This document shows positions 1-10,086 of a stretch of DNA of 64,000 bases, piece after piece. How positions within the stretch are numbered: the stretch's first letter is position 1; the number at the start of each line of letters is the position of its first letter. The notes under the pieces are model-generated. The model was not told the origin of the DNA and searched no databases. It was given only the letters and a program-made list of their open reading frames with translations. The position numbers and the translations under genes were made by a program. This stretch comes from Candidatus Sumerlaeaceae bacterium (GTDB taxonomy: Bacteria > Sumerlaeota > Sumerlaeia > Sumerlaeales > Sumerlaeaceae), in NCBI GenBank assembly GCA_026418615.1, contig JAOAAY010000001.1, positions 142,052 to 206,051 on the forward strand, read 5' to 3'.

Positions 1-2
1 GT

Positions 3-269
3 TGTCTCCTCAATGCTGGAGCCACGACTGGCCCTGCCGTCACGATCCCCCTGCGTGCCCTCTACGGCCGCAACATCACCATTCACGGCTGTTACATGGG
101 TACGCGCGCCGAACTGAACCGCATCGTGGAACTGGCCGAAACCCGCCGGATCAAGCCGATCATTGATAAAGTCTATCCTCTCGCCCAAGCACGCGCCGCA
201 CAGGAACGCATGGACAACAGCGAACATTTTGGAAAACTGGTACTGACACCCGATTCCATGACTGGCTGA
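3..269 (+). CDS. zinc-type alcohol dehydrogenase / quinone oxidoreductase (MDR superfamily), C-terminal fragment; 5' end outside window
   Basis: Frame-3 translation reads ...RNITIHGCYMGTRAELNRIVELAETRRIKPIIDKVYPLAQARAAQERMDNSEHFGKLVLTPDSMTG*. This is the typical C-terminal tail of MDR-family dehydrogenases. It is absent from the ORF track because it is truncated and has no Met. Confidence 0.5.
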   Translation, partial: CLLNAGATTGPAVTIPLRALYGRNITIHGCYMGTRAELNRIVELAETRRIKPIIDKVYPLAQARAAQERMDNSEHFGKLVLTPDSMTG

Positions 270-279
270 GACGCGTCGT

Positions 280-1563
280 TCAGTATCGCATCCAGTCGTT
301 GACCCCCGAGGTGGTGCCAACCAAACTGCCGGTCGCGCCAAACAACCCGAGCGGCCCCGGATAAGAGAAATCGGGAAACAGACTCGCCACATCCGTGTGC
401 GCGCGTCGTGCTGCCATGACCTCCGTAATCACAGTCCGGAAATCTGTTGTAGCGTTGAGGTCCACGCGTTCAAACAACTGATCATTGGCCAGACCCGGCC
501 ATACGCCAAACACTTTCTTTTGGGCGATGTTAGCGCTGAGGATTATCATGAGACCACCGTGGCCGTGATCGGTGCCGGTATTGGCATTCTCGCGCAAACG
601 CCGGCCAAACTCCGACATGACCATAACTGTCAGCCGGCCGTGATAATCCTGCAGATCGGTCCAGAACGCGTTCAGACCACCAGATAATTCCGAGACAAGG
701 TCGGCAAAAATCCCGCCGGCGGAGTTGCCATACCATGCCTGATTCTCGTGGGTGTCCCAGCCGCCCAGGTCCACCGTGGCCACTTCCAGCCCCAGATCCA
801 TGCGGATGATCTGCGCAATGGACGCCAGGCGCTGAGCAAACTCTGTATCGGGATAAACCGCCCCGTGGCGGGGCACATAATCGCCTGGCGGGTTGGCTTC
901 GATAATGTCGGCAACATCGAGCGTGCGCAGCGCTGCGACGCCAAAACGGTTGTCATAGGCGTACATGCGACGCAGGGCGATCCGTATATCATCCACCTGA
1001 TTCCAATAGCCGGCAATCTCAAAACCGCTCGCTTCGCTCAGAGCGAGGGCGTCCAAATGGCCTTCCAGCGACGCCGCCACGCTGGACCCGATACTGACGG
1101 CCCGAAAAACATCGCCTCCGGCCACGGTCGCAAGATGCCGGCCGAGCCAACCCCCTGTTGTGGAGGCTTTCAACTGTCCGCGCTCGTAATAATCCTGCGC
1201 CTCAAAATGCGACCGGTTGGCCTCGGGAAATCCCACTGCAGGAATCAGGGCAAGATGCTGGTTGGTGTACAGGTCACGCAACGCAGCAGCCGACGGATGA
1301 AGCCCAAAGTACCCGTCAATGTCGCGGATTTGTGCGGCGGTCAACCGGAGGCTGGGCCGGGCATCCGCGTAATTGGCGTCCGAGTAGGGCACGAGGAAAT
1401 TGAGCGCGTCCATGCCGCCCCGCAGGAACACGACCACTAAGATGTCGCGCTGGGGTCCGCCGCTCCCTTGCGCAAACACCAGATTCCCTAATCGCGAGCC
1501 GCTCATGGCCGCTATTGCCGCGCAGCAGCCCTGAAGAAATGTCCGTCGCCGGATGGTGCTCAT
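280..1563 (-). CDS. DUF1501 family protein (sulfatase-like fold), Tat/Sec-exported
   Basis: 427 aa. N-terminus MSTIRRRTFLQGCCAAIAA is a twin-arginine-like signal. GGWDTHENQ and DHGHGG motifs are typical of DUF1501. It sits immediately downstream of a DUF1800 gene, the canonical PVC-clade pair. Confidence 0.82.
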   Translation of the reverse strand: MSTIRRRTFLQGCCAAIAAMSGSRLGNLVFAQGSGGPQRDILVVVFLRGGMDALNFLVPYSDANYADARPSLRLTAAQIRDIDGYFGLHPSAAALRDLYTNQHLALIPAVGFPEANRSHFEAQDYYERGQLKASTTGGWLGRHLATVAGGDVFRAVSIGSSVAASLEGHLDALALSEASGFEIAGYWNQVDDIRIALRRMYAYDNRFGVAALRTLDVADIIEANPPGDYVPRHGAVYPDTEFAQRLASIAQIIRMDLGLEVATVDLGGWDTHENQAWYGNSAGGIFADLVSELSGGLNAFWTDLQDYHGRLTVMVMSEFGRRLRENANTGTDHGHGGLMIILSANIAQKKVFGVWPGLANDQLFERVDLNATTDFRTVITEVMAARRAHTDVASLFPDFSYPGPLGLFGATGSLVGTTSGVNDWMRY

Positions 1564-1593
1564 TGGGGTAACCGTCCCTTTCCGCGGCAGCCG

Positions 1594-3225
1594 TCAGCGC
1601 CGCATAAATTCTGGAGTCATGGTGCAAAGCGCCGCCGTCTCCGGCGCCTTGTCGCGGATCTGCTCGGCCGACAGCGGGATGTCATACCCGCGCCCATCGG
1701 CCACAAAGTCCAACACTGCCTGAGCAGTCGCTTCCGAAGGTGGCCGCTGCAGGATGCGATTGAGCCAAAACTGCGCGATCTGGCGCGGCGTCCGGATAGT
1801 TGGCGGCATGATCTCGTGGCTATTGAACCGAAACGGTCCGGTGTAGCCAGAATCGTGGCAGTTGGAGGCAGCGATGAAGACAAATCTCTGCCGATATAGA
1901 AAATTATTTGAGGTTGCCCATTCGTCCCATACATCCGGCGGCCCGTTCGGTGGGCGCCACCCGAACATGGGCATTCCCATCGGGTCGTAATACCAAGTAA
2001 AATCAAAATCCGGTTCAGGCAGCGGAAACGCCATGCCAAGCGCCCGCATGACCGAAACGGCCCAGTCGAGCGGGCGCTTGAATTTAGCCGCTCTTATACT
2101 CGGGGCTGACGGCTGCGGACCGACAAATTTGCGTATCCGCGCTGACTGGAACTCCGGACTGCGACATATGTGGCGGACCACTTGGCGGATCTGATCCGGG
2201 GCGGAAGCCGCCCGCTGAAAAACGCGAGCCGAAGAGGCTACGAGCGACGGTGGCGGATTGTCGTCAACCAGCCGTTGGCAGAGTTTCCAGCAGATAAACT
2301 TGGCAGTGCCGGGGTGATAGGCCAGAAGATCGAGAACTATGCGCCCATCAACCAAGTCCGCCTGGTCATTGGGAATCGCCCGGCCCAAAACGATTTTCTG
2401 AAAGCGGTCATGATTAGCCCGAATATATTTGAACTCGCCGCGGGTCGGTGCGCTGTCGCCCGTCTCGAAGGTCCAGCCAGTAAAGCATCGGCTCGCCTCG
2501 TAAACATCATTATCCACATAACCGCCCTCGCTCCGGTAGTGGATCGCCCCGAGCGTGTGCAGTTCGAACAGTTCGCGCGCGTAATTCTCGTTCGGCCCGG
2601 CGTTCGTGCTCAGGTAGTTGTCGAGGTAGTAAAGCATGCACGGGTGCTTGGCAGTTGCCTCAAGCAAGGCGCGAAAGTTGCCCAAAGCATGTTGTCGAAT
2701 GGTCAGGTCCCACTTGGTGAACATGGACCTGATAATGTAATCCCAACCGAAGATGTTGAAGTGGTTGTGCCAGAATTCCACTAAACGCTCGTAGAGTTGC
2801 CTTTTCGACATCACCATGCGGATGGCCGTGGCATGCTGGACATCGCGCAAGGGACGCCACACCTCATTCCAATCAGGAAGGTCCCGCCGGTCGTACAACT
2901 GCTGCCAGGTTTCCGCATAGGTGACCGGGTTGAGCGCCGCGATGGCGGCATCGCATGCCGAGTCGTCAATGGTTTCCGGAGACAACTGCTGCTCGAGAAA
3001 GGCCTCATAGCCCATTTGCTCAATGGCAGCCACTTCCCCGGGACGGGGCCCGAACATCAGGCGGTTGGCAGCGTGCCAGGCCAACGATGGCTCAGGGGCT
3101 TGGCCTGCAGCAGGGTCGGCGATCTTCGCAAGCCCCGCCGACAGCGGGACGGCAAGTTGCGCGAAAAAATCGCGCCGTGGCCCGATCATAACAACTTCAC
3201 CTTCATCAAAAATCTCGCGGGCCAC
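1594..3225 (-). CDS. DUF1800 family protein (partner of DUF1501)
   Basis: 543 aa ORF, 30-nt gap to the DUF1501 gene on the same strand. Length and conserved aromatic-rich blocks (WHNHFN, YYLDN) fit DUF1800. Start may be an internal Met. Confidence 0.75.
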   Translation of the reverse strand: MAREIFDEGEVVMIGPRRDFFAQLAVPLSAGLAKIADPAAGQAPEPSLAWHAANRLMFGPRPGEVAAIEQMGYEAFLEQQLSPETIDDSACDAAIAALNPVTYAETWQQLYDRRDLPDWNEVWRPLRDVQHATAIRMVMSKRQLYERLVEFWHNHFNIFGWDYIIRSMFTKWDLTIRQHALGNFRALLEATAKHPCMLYYLDNYLSTNAGPNENYARELFELHTLGAIHYRSEGGYVDNDVYEASRCFTGWTFETGDSAPTRGEFKYIRANHDRFQKIVLGRAIPNDQADLVDGRIVLDLLAYHPGTAKFICWKLCQRLVDDNPPPSLVASSARVFQRAASAPDQIRQVVRHICRSPEFQSARIRKFVGPQPSAPSIRAAKFKRPLDWAVSVMRALGMAFPLPEPDFDFTWYYDPMGMPMFGWRPPNGPPDVWDEWATSNNFLYRQRFVFIAASNCHDSGYTGPFRFNSHEIMPPTIRTPRQIAQFWLNRILQRPPSEATAQAVLDFVADGRGYDIPLSAEQIRDKAPETAALCTMTPEFMRR

Positions 3226-3366
3226 TTGACGCGCGGCTTGATGCCCGTGTGAAAAGGCAACGGTTTGACAACCCGCGCGTCAAACAGCACGCGATCACCC
3301 TTTCGGCGATTCAGTAGACATTATTGCACGATGGAAGGCAAAATCAAGAGGAGATTGAGTGGGCGA

Positions 3367-4758
3367 TCATTTTCCGCCGGAAGGCTCAGTGTCCATGTAT
3401 TCCCTGATCCGTTGGCCGACCCGCCGAGCCACAATCTCGTAGCCTTCGCGGTTGGGGTGGCAGCACACATCCGCCCAAAGGGTTTGAGGTTTGTCTCGAT
3501 AAATCATCGACAAGTCCTCGAAACGCACCCCCTGAGCGCTCAGACGAGCGCCGCGCTCTCGAAGCAACGGGTAACCGGCCAGCACCGAAGGCCGGCAAGC
3601 ATTGTTCTCCTCGAACGCCTGCTTGCGCTCTTGCTCGGTGAGCGTCTTTGACCCCTCATCGTACTGGTTGGGTTGCAAGAAGTGAAAGTAGGCCGCACCC
3701 GCGCGACGGCACAAGGCATCCATCTGCAGCGAGCAGGATGCCCAGTGATCCGCAAGGAACGGATACAGTTTTTCCGGTGCCGAACTGACAAGATCCGGCC
3801 CCGAGATCAAATAGGTGCGCGCCGAGGCAGCCGCACGCCCCGCACGGTCAATTTCGAGCAACATCGCGCGCTGCATCACCTTGTCCACCGCGCGCCACAA
3901 TCCGCATCGAGCGATGCTCCACCGTCCCGGCAAACTCTCCATCAAGGCAGCCCAGCCCCCGCGCCAGTCCCGCAACAACTCGACCTTCCCCGCAGAACGC
4001 AACGCGACCCGATCGGAGAGATTCATCACCCGGTAGTACCACCCAGTCGGGTAAATCGGCGTGACCCCCTTGGGCAGGTTGACAGCCGGACCGAGCGCTA
4101 TTTCGTTGAAGCCATCCAAGTTTACCACGACATCAAAATGCGCCCCCAGCGAGAGCAGCATCGAGAGCGTGTTGAGTTGCTGCGGTTGCTTATAGGCTCC
4201 GATCGCCACCGATACGACCCGCACTAGCCGGCCTGAGGCCCGCAATTCCTCCTCGAGATACGGACGCCCAACGGTCGTCAACTGCCGTGCAAACGAGCCC
4301 CCAAACACCGCAACGGTCATGACTCCCGGCGGGGGCGGCGCAAGTAGATCCACCTCGGGATCGTGCAGGCCGAGCCGTGAAACACCGGGACCCGCATTCG
4401 GGTCTCGCACCCAACCGACATACGGGTGGATGACCTCGATGGCGTTCTGATCCTCGATCACCATGACTCCCGCGCCGGCGATGGGGGCTGTGGTGCCCTC
4501 CGCATGGCTGCGTGCAAGCCGGGACATCGCCGCTCCATACTCGGAAAACGAAAACGGGCGCTGAAAGGCAATCAGGTAAAAAACATGCAGGCCTAACTCG
4601 AGACCTGCCAACACCAGAAGCGCTGCTAACAGCCAAAACACCAAACGGACCAACCGCGAACGCCCGCGCCCCCGTTTCGGGAGCCGCGGTGCCGGAGCAT
4701 TCGCATCATTCGGCGATTCCCAATCGGTCGTCATGAGTTGTGCAGCCCAGCGGCTCAT
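3367..4758 (-). CDS. membrane-anchored SGNH/GDSL-like hydrolase or O-acetyltransferase-like protein (AlgX/AlgJ/DltD-like architecture)
   Basis: 463 aa. N-terminal TM helix LVRLVFWLLAALLVLAGLELG. Block-I-like VFGGSFARQ and a C-terminal D-x-x-H block (LWADVCCHPNREGYEIVA) resemble SGNH-fold catalytic motifs. Confidence 0.45.
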   Translation of the reverse strand: MSRWAAQLMTTDWESPNDANAPAPRLPKRGRGRSRLVRLVFWLLAALLVLAGLELGLHVFYLIAFQRPFSFSEYGAAMSRLARSHAEGTTAPIAGAGVMVIEDQNAIEVIHPYVGWVRDPNAGPGVSRLGLHDPEVDLLAPPPPGVMTVAVFGGSFARQLTTVGRPYLEEELRASGRLVRVVSVAIGAYKQPQQLNTLSMLLSLGAHFDVVVNLDGFNEIALGPAVNLPKGVTPIYPTGWYYRVMNLSDRVALRSAGKVELLRDWRGGWAALMESLPGRWSIARCGLWRAVDKVMQRAMLLEIDRAGRAAASARTYLISGPDLVSSAPEKLYPFLADHWASCSLQMDALCRRAGAAYFHFLQPNQYDEGSKTLTEQERKQAFEENNACRPSVLAGYPLLRERGARLSAQGVRFEDLSMIYRDKPQTLWADVCCHPNREGYEIVARRVGQRIREYMDTEPSGGK

Positions 4759-4933
4759 TCAGCCGCGCCGTCCCGGTGGCGCAACAATAAATCCCGAGTG
4801 ACAAAAGCCCTTCACCGGCCTCAGCGTCCGCCGGCTCAAATCACCCCGACTGATCTCAAAACGGACGCATGAATGAATGCCGCGGTCGGCTGTCATCTGC
4901 CCTGACCTAAAAAGACTACAAAAGGAGTAGAGG

Positions 4934-5557
4934 ATGACCCGACAGGTTGCGACGAATATCACTTGGCACCCCGGACATGTCACGCGCGAGGAGCGCATGG
5001 CGGTGACGCGGCAAAAACCGTGCTGCATTTGGCTGACCGGTTTGTCGGCGTGCGGGAAGAGCACGATCGCCATGGCCCTTGAACAGGTTCTGATTCAACG
5101 GGGACATCTGGCCTATGTGCTCGACGGCGACAATATCCGGCACGGACTGAACAAGAATCTTGGGTTCTCGCCGGAAGATCGTGAGGAGAACATTCGTCGC
5201 ATCGGCGAGGTGGCAAAACTGTTTGTGGATGCCGGCCTGATCGTCATCACGAGTTTTATCAGTCCGTACCGTGCGGATCGCGACAAAGTGCGGGCCTTGC
5301 TTCAGCCGGGCGAGTTTGTCGAGGTCTTCGTGGATGCGTCCGTCGAGGTGTGTGCCAAGCGCGACCCGAAGGGCCTGTACGAGAAAGCCATGCGAGGCGA
5401 AATCAAAAACTTTACCGGGGTCTCACCCGATGCGCCCTACGAGGCTCCTGCCAGTCCCGAACTGCACTTAAAGACCGATGAGATCAGTGTCGAGGAGGCT
5501 GTTGCTACTCTGCTGGACTACCTCGAGTCGAAGGGTCACCTGACGCCGGGCGCCTGA
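4934..5557 (+). CDS. cysC: adenylyl-sulfate (APS) kinase
   Basis: 207 aa. P-loop LTGLSACGKST, DGDNIRHGLNKNLGFS and ISPYRADRD blocks are diagnostic of CysC. Good RBS aaaaggag upstream. Confidence 0.92.
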   Translation: MTRQVATNITWHPGHVTREERMAVTRQKPCCIWLTGLSACGKSTIAMALEQVLIQRGHLAYVLDGDNIRHGLNKNLGFSPEDREENIRRIGEVAKLFVDAGLIVITSFISPYRADRDKVRALLQPGEFVEVFVDASVEVCAKRDPKGLYEKAMRGEIKNFTGVSPDAPYEAPASPELHLKTDEISVEEAVATLLDYLESKGHLTPGA

Positions 5558-5573
5558 CGCGCGCCCGGCTGTT

Positions 5574-5825
5574 TTACCACTGGCGGCTCATCCACTTGAG
5601 CGTCGGCTCGATGGGATCCTTGGGCAGGAAAAAAGTGGGTTCATGACCGGTGAACTGAGGAAGGAACCGCCTGCCCCGCACCTTCATCACCAAAGCCACT
5701 GGGGCAAACAAGACCCAATAGAATAACCCGAAAACCACCGCTGACAACGCGAGGGCCATCGCCTCGCCCACGGGTTTCAGACGCGCTTCGATTCGTTTCC
5801 AAAGGCTTTGCGGTTTGGCCATCAT
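5574..5825 (-). CDS. small membrane protein, SxtJ-like family
   Basis: 83 aa with two predicted TM helices. Directly downstream of a DUF5989-like gene. This pairing and size match the SxtJ/DUF5989 small-protein pair usually found next to carbamoyltransferases. Confidence 0.4.
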   Translation of the reverse strand: MMAKPQSLWKRIEARLKPVGEAMALALSAVVFGLFYWVLFAPVALVMKVRGRRFLPQFTGHEPTFFLPKDPIEPTLKWMSRQW

Positions 5826-5840
5826 CCTCTCCTGCAGTGC

Positions 5841-6071
5841 TCAGAACAGTGTATAGATGGCATAGCCAAGCGGTGAACTGGTCGTGAAAACGACAAAGAG
5901 GCCAGCCAGAGCAAATACAATCAGGATCGGCAGTATCCACCAGAGTTTGCGCTCGCGCAGGAAATCGATGAACTCACCCAGTATCTCGAACCGGTCGCGA
6001 AGACGCACGGCCCCCCAAATGACGCCTGCCAACACAACGAGCAACACGATGAGTATCAGTGTGGAGTTCAT
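5841..6071 (-). CDS. DUF5989-like small membrane protein
   Basis: 76 aa. C-terminal half EFIDFLRERKLWWILPILIVFALAGLFVVF...YAIYTLF matches the DUF5989 signature (R-x-RK-x-WW, ending YTLF). Confidence 0.45.
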   Translation of the reverse strand: MNSTLILIVLLVVLAGVIWGAVRLRDRFEILGEFIDFLRERKLWWILPILIVFALAGLFVVFTTSSPLGYAIYTLF

Positions 6072-6286
6072 GCCTGGACTTCCCTTACAGCATTGCCAAC
6101 GGCCGACGCCGGTTCATTGTCACCGAATGCCTTATTACCGCCGTCCGTAAATAGTCTTGGATGCGTTGGGGCATTTTGCCGCCGGCAACATTTTCGTTGC
6201 CGGGGCACCCCGGTGGCGACATACACTCAGGTATGAGAGAGCGGGTGTCCGCATAATGAGACCTTCCAACTATGGGGGCGTGAAGC

Positions 6287-8068
6287 ATGGCCGTCAGAAA
6301 GCCCACCGAAGCCGAGCGTAAGTATTTCGAGCGCACAGCCGCGAAACGCGGACCCGCTGCGAGTAGCCACACCCTCGGGCTGATCCTCGAGGAGGCTGGA
6401 CTCATCAGCCAAGATATGATTCGCGACCTCATCCCGCAGGATGAGTCGGCGCAGACCCTCAAGCATGCCGTCGTCTCCCAAGGGCTGGCCCGCGAGGACG
6501 ACATTCTCGACGCGCTGGCTGCGAACCTTGGCCTGAAAAAGGTCAACCTTCGCGAACTTAAGCCGACAAAGGAACTCGTCGAGCAAATAGATGCCAAGCA
6601 CGCCATCAAGTACCGGGTCTTCCCCGTGGCTTACGATGACGAGACCCTCGAAGTGGCCTTGGCCGATCCCCTGAACATCCAGACGACGGACGATCTCGAG
6701 CGGATTTACCGAAAACGGATTGTCCCGGTCGTGGCCTCCGAGGACGACATCAACCGCCTGATTAAGCACTGGTACGAGGGCTCAGACATCTCCGAACTGT
6801 ACCAAGATGCCGCAGACGAAGCCATCGCCGAGGAAACGAAGGGCAAGGAAGATGTCTATTCAGATATCGATCTGACCGGCAACGCCGAGGTGGACCAGCC
6901 CCCGGTCGTGAAATATGTCGACTTGATTTTCAAGCAGGCCGTTCACGATCGCGCGTCAGATATTCATGTGGAACCCACGAAGGCCGGAATCACGATCCGG
7001 TTTCGCATTGACGGTGTCCTGCACGAAGTCCCCGCGCCTCCCAAGCGCTGGCAAAACTCCGTCATCTCGCGCCTCAAGGTGCTCTCGGGCATGGACCTTG
7101 CCGAAAAGCGTGTGCCGCTGGACGGGCGCATCAAACTGAACATTCCGGACAAGAAACTCGATGTCCGTGTCTCGTCGTTGCCGACCGTGTTCGGAGAATC
7201 CATCGTCATGCGTATCCTCGACCAAGCCAGCGTGCTCATGGGTTTGGAGGATGTCGGATTCCTGCCCGACTCGGTCAAAAAATTTAAGGAACTGATCAAA
7301 AGCCCCAACGGGGTCATTCTGATGACGGGCCCCACGGGTTCCGGCAAGACGACAACACTTTACTCGGCCCTGGCGACGATCAACAACTCCGAGACGAAGA
7401 TCGTCACTGTCGAGGATCCGGTCGAATACATGCTCGACGGCGTTAATCAGGTGCAGGTGAACAAAGAGGTTGGATTGGATTTTGCTCAAGCCCTGCGCTC
7501 CATTCTGCGCCAATCGCCGGATGTCATCATGGTTGGCGAAATGCGCGACCTGGAAACCGCCGAGATTGGCATCCGCGCCGCACTCACGGGTCACCTCGTG
7601 TTCTCAACCCTGCACACGAACGACGCGCCCAGCGCCTGCACCCGCTTGATTGACATGGGTATCAAGCCCTTCCTCGTGGCCAGTTCGCTGCAGGCCGTCA
7701 TCGCTCAGCGCCTCGTTCGCCGCATTTGCAATTACTGTAAAATGGCGTACGAGCCCAAAGCAGAGGAGGTCTTGGGCTTCGGCATGACGCTCGAGGAAGT
7801 GGCCGGACGCCCGTTCCACAAGGGCAAAGGCTGTGACCGTTGCAACAATAGCGGCTACCGCGGTCGAACCGCCATCCACGAAATTCTCGTCAACGATCCC
7901 GACATCCGGCACATGATTATCCGGGTCGAACCGGCCACAAAATTGAAAAAACATGCCGTCCAGAAAAAGGGCATGCGAACCTTGCGCATGGATGGGTGGG
8001 AAAAAGTGCTGATCGGCCAGACCACCCCGCAGGAAATCATGCGCATCACGGCTGAAGATACAATATAA
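6287..8068 (+). CDS. gspE: type II secretion / type IV pilus assembly ATPase (GspE/PilB family)
   Basis: 593 aa. N-terminal T2SSE_N-like domain, Walker A GPTGSGKTTT, Asp and His boxes, and a C-terminal tetracysteine motif CNYC...CDRC. Confidence 0.9.
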   Translation: MAVRKPTEAERKYFERTAAKRGPAASSHTLGLILEEAGLISQDMIRDLIPQDESAQTLKHAVVSQGLAREDDILDALAANLGLKKVNLRELKPTKELVEQIDAKHAIKYRVFPVAYDDETLEVALADPLNIQTTDDLERIYRKRIVPVVASEDDINRLIKHWYEGSDISELYQDAADEAIAEETKGKEDVYSDIDLTGNAEVDQPPVVKYVDLIFKQAVHDRASDIHVEPTKAGITIRFRIDGVLHEVPAPPKRWQNSVISRLKVLSGMDLAEKRVPLDGRIKLNIPDKKLDVRVSSLPTVFGESIVMRILDQASVLMGLEDVGFLPDSVKKFKELIKSPNGVILMTGPTGSGKTTTLYSALATINNSETKIVTVEDPVEYMLDGVNQVQVNKEVGLDFAQALRSILRQSPDVIMVGEMRDLETAEIGIRAALTGHLVFSTLHTNDAPSACTRLIDMGIKPFLVASSLQAVIAQRLVRRICNYCKMAYEPKAEEVLGFGMTLEEVAGRPFHKGKGCDRCNNSGYRGRTAIHEILVNDPDIRHMIIRVEPATKLKKHAVQKKGMRTLRMDGWEKVLIGQTTPQEIMRITAEDTI

Positions 8069-8251
8069 TCAGAGGACAAGCCGCGGTACGCTTCGAATTT
8101 AGAACGGTGCCCTGTCGCGCTCTGCGTGCGGCCATTTGCGCATATGGTAAACCGGCGGTAGCGCCCAATGGTTATCGGTGATCAAGTCGCGGCACGCCGT
8201 CCCGCGTCAGGCTTGCCATCTTCAAGACACTCCTGCACGCGCCTGCGCGCA

Positions 8252-9262
8252 TTAGCGGTTGCCGTACATCCGCTCGTAATAGGTTCGATACTCGCCCGAG
8301 ACGATCTTTTCCCACCAATCGCGGTTGTCCACATACCACTGGACGGTCGCGCGCAGGCCGTCATCGAATGATATGGCCGGCTCCCAACCCAGTTCTTTGC
8401 GGATTTTCGAAGCATCAAGCGCGTACCGCCGGTCGTGACCGGGACGATCCTTGACATGACGGATCAGCGTCTCCGGCTTGCCCAGTTGTTTCAGGAGGGC
8501 ACGGATCACCTCGAGATTCGGGCGCTCGTTTACGCCGCCTACATTGTACACCTCCCCCGGGCGCCCGCCCTCCAAAACGAGATCTATGGCAGCACAGTGG
8601 TCGCTGACATGGAGCCATTCGCGCCGCTGCATGCCGTCGCCGTACACCGGCAGGGGTGCATCTTTGAGGGCGTTGATGGTCATGAGCGGCAACATTTTTT
8701 CTGGAAACTGATACGGCCCGTAATTGTTCGAGCAGCGCGTGATACATACGGGAAGACCGTAGGTGTGATGGTAGGCCATCACGAGGTGATCCGCGGCCGC
8801 CTTGCTGGCCGAATACGGACTGCGCGGAGACAGCGGTGTCTCTTCCGTGAACGCACCCTCAGGCCCCAGGCTGCCGTACACCTCATCGGTGGAGACCTGA
8901 ACGAATCGGGATGTGCCATGATTGAGTGCTGCGTGGAGCAGGGTTTGCGTGCCGAGAATATTGGTCCTCAAAAACACCTGCGGATTCTCGATGGATCGGT
9001 CCACATGGGATTCGGCGGCAAAGTTCACAACCGCGTCGAACCGGTACTCTTCGAACAACCGGTTTACGACATTCGCATCGGCAATGTCACCGTGTACAAA
9101 AATATAGTTGGGCGCCGAGGCCACCGAAGCGACATTCTCAAGGTTACCGGCATAGGTCAGCGCGTCCAGGTTGACGATCAGGTCGCCGGGATTCCTGGTC
9201 ACACGCCGCCGAACATATTCCGAGCCGATAAATCCGCATCCGCCGGTCACCAACAATTTCAT
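8252..9262 (-). CDS. rfbB: dTDP-glucose 4,6-dehydratase
   Basis: N-terminus MKLLVTGGCGFIGS is a Rossmann fold with the SDR extended family. YxxxK catalytic motif present. The track ORF extends 12 codons upstream, so I trimmed the start to the MKLL Met. Confidence 0.88.
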   Translation of the reverse strand: MKLLVTGGCGFIGSEYVRRRVTRNPGDLIVNLDALTYAGNLENVASVASAPNYIFVHGDIADANVVNRLFEEYRFDAVVNFAAESHVDRSIENPQVFLRTNILGTQTLLHAALNHGTSRFVQVSTDEVYGSLGPEGAFTEETPLSPRSPYSASKAAADHLVMAYHHTYGLPVCITRCSNNYGPYQFPEKMLPLMTINALKDAPLPVYGDGMQRREWLHVSDHCAAIDLVLEGGRPGEVYNVGGVNERPNLEVIRALLKQLGKPETLIRHVKDRPGHDRRYALDASKIRKELGWEPAISFDDGLRATVQWYVDNRDWWEKIVSGEYRTYYERMYGNR

Positions 9263-9375
9263 AACGGGTTCGTCCTTGGATTGTTTACACCGCCCCATGC
9301 ATCCGACGCCGGTTTACAAGGTCAACACCCCTTGCACCGCCACGAATTTCTGATCGGGTTGCGTAATCAGGTCGC

Positions 9376-9957
9376 ATGATGGATGGAAAAACCGAGAGAT
9401 CCGAGGCTATGACTCGAATTGAATCCGTGTGTTTCTCTTTTGTCGTGCCCGAGACGGCCACGACGGGGCCGGCCACCGTAAGAGTGGAACTTGTGGCAAG
9501 CGACGGGCGCCTGACAGCGTTACGCCTCTTGAAACTCGACATGCCGCCTGCCGGTCACGCGCCGGAGTGTTTTCCGTCGGCTGAACACACACCAATCTTC
9601 GACCGGGCCGCCGCTCAATTGGCCGAGTATTTTTCCCGTAAGCGTCAAACTTTTGACCTGCCGCTCGCCCCGGAAGGAACTCCGTTTCAGCATCGCGTAT
9701 GGGACGCGGTCTCCCAAATCCCCTACGGCCAGACGCGCAGTTACTGGTGGGTGGCTGTCCGCATGGGCGACCCGCGCGCCTTCCGGGCGGTCGGCGCAGC
9801 CAATGGTGCCAATCCCCTGCCGATCATCATCCCGTGTCACCGTGTCATCCGACACGATGGAACTTTGGGCGGCTACTCGGGCGGGCTCGATTGGAAAAGG
9901 TTCCTGCTGGCCCTCGAGGGTGTCGAGATTCCGCCCATTGCAGAGCCGGTCCTATAG
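9376..9957 (+). CDS. ogt: methylated-DNA--protein-cysteine methyltransferase (Ogt/MGMT)
   Basis: Active-site motif IPCHRVI and the HTH-like C-terminal domain (GGYSGGLDWKRFLL). Start may be the downstream Met (MTRIESV). Confidence 0.85.
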   Translation: MMDGKTERSEAMTRIESVCFSFVVPETATTGPATVRVELVASDGRLTALRLLKLDMPPAGHAPECFPSAEHTPIFDRAAAQLAEYFSRKRQTFDLPLAPEGTPFQHRVWDAVSQIPYGQTRSYWWVAVRMGDPRAFRAVGAANGANPLPIIIPCHRVIRHDGTLGGYSGGLDWKRFLLALEGVEIPPIAEPVL

Positions 9958-10086
9958 TATCATCCGGGCGAGCCAAGCCAAGCCCCAACCAACCCCGCCA
10001 GGGCACAGACACCTACAGACCGGCCGTATCAACGCCCTGCTTGTATGAGCAACGATGCAAAACGGGATTCTTTCCCCAACGACAGG

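Noticed and set aside
8252-9300. Small (1-2 nt) disagreements between coordinates I read from the printed sequence and the ORF track around 8.25-9.3 kb
   Set aside because: Most likely my own reading error over long G/C runs. I followed the ORF-track coordinates for CDS and flag hand-placed features as +/-2 nt.
8435-9379. 314-aa plus-strand ORF
   Set aside because: Antisense to rfbB.
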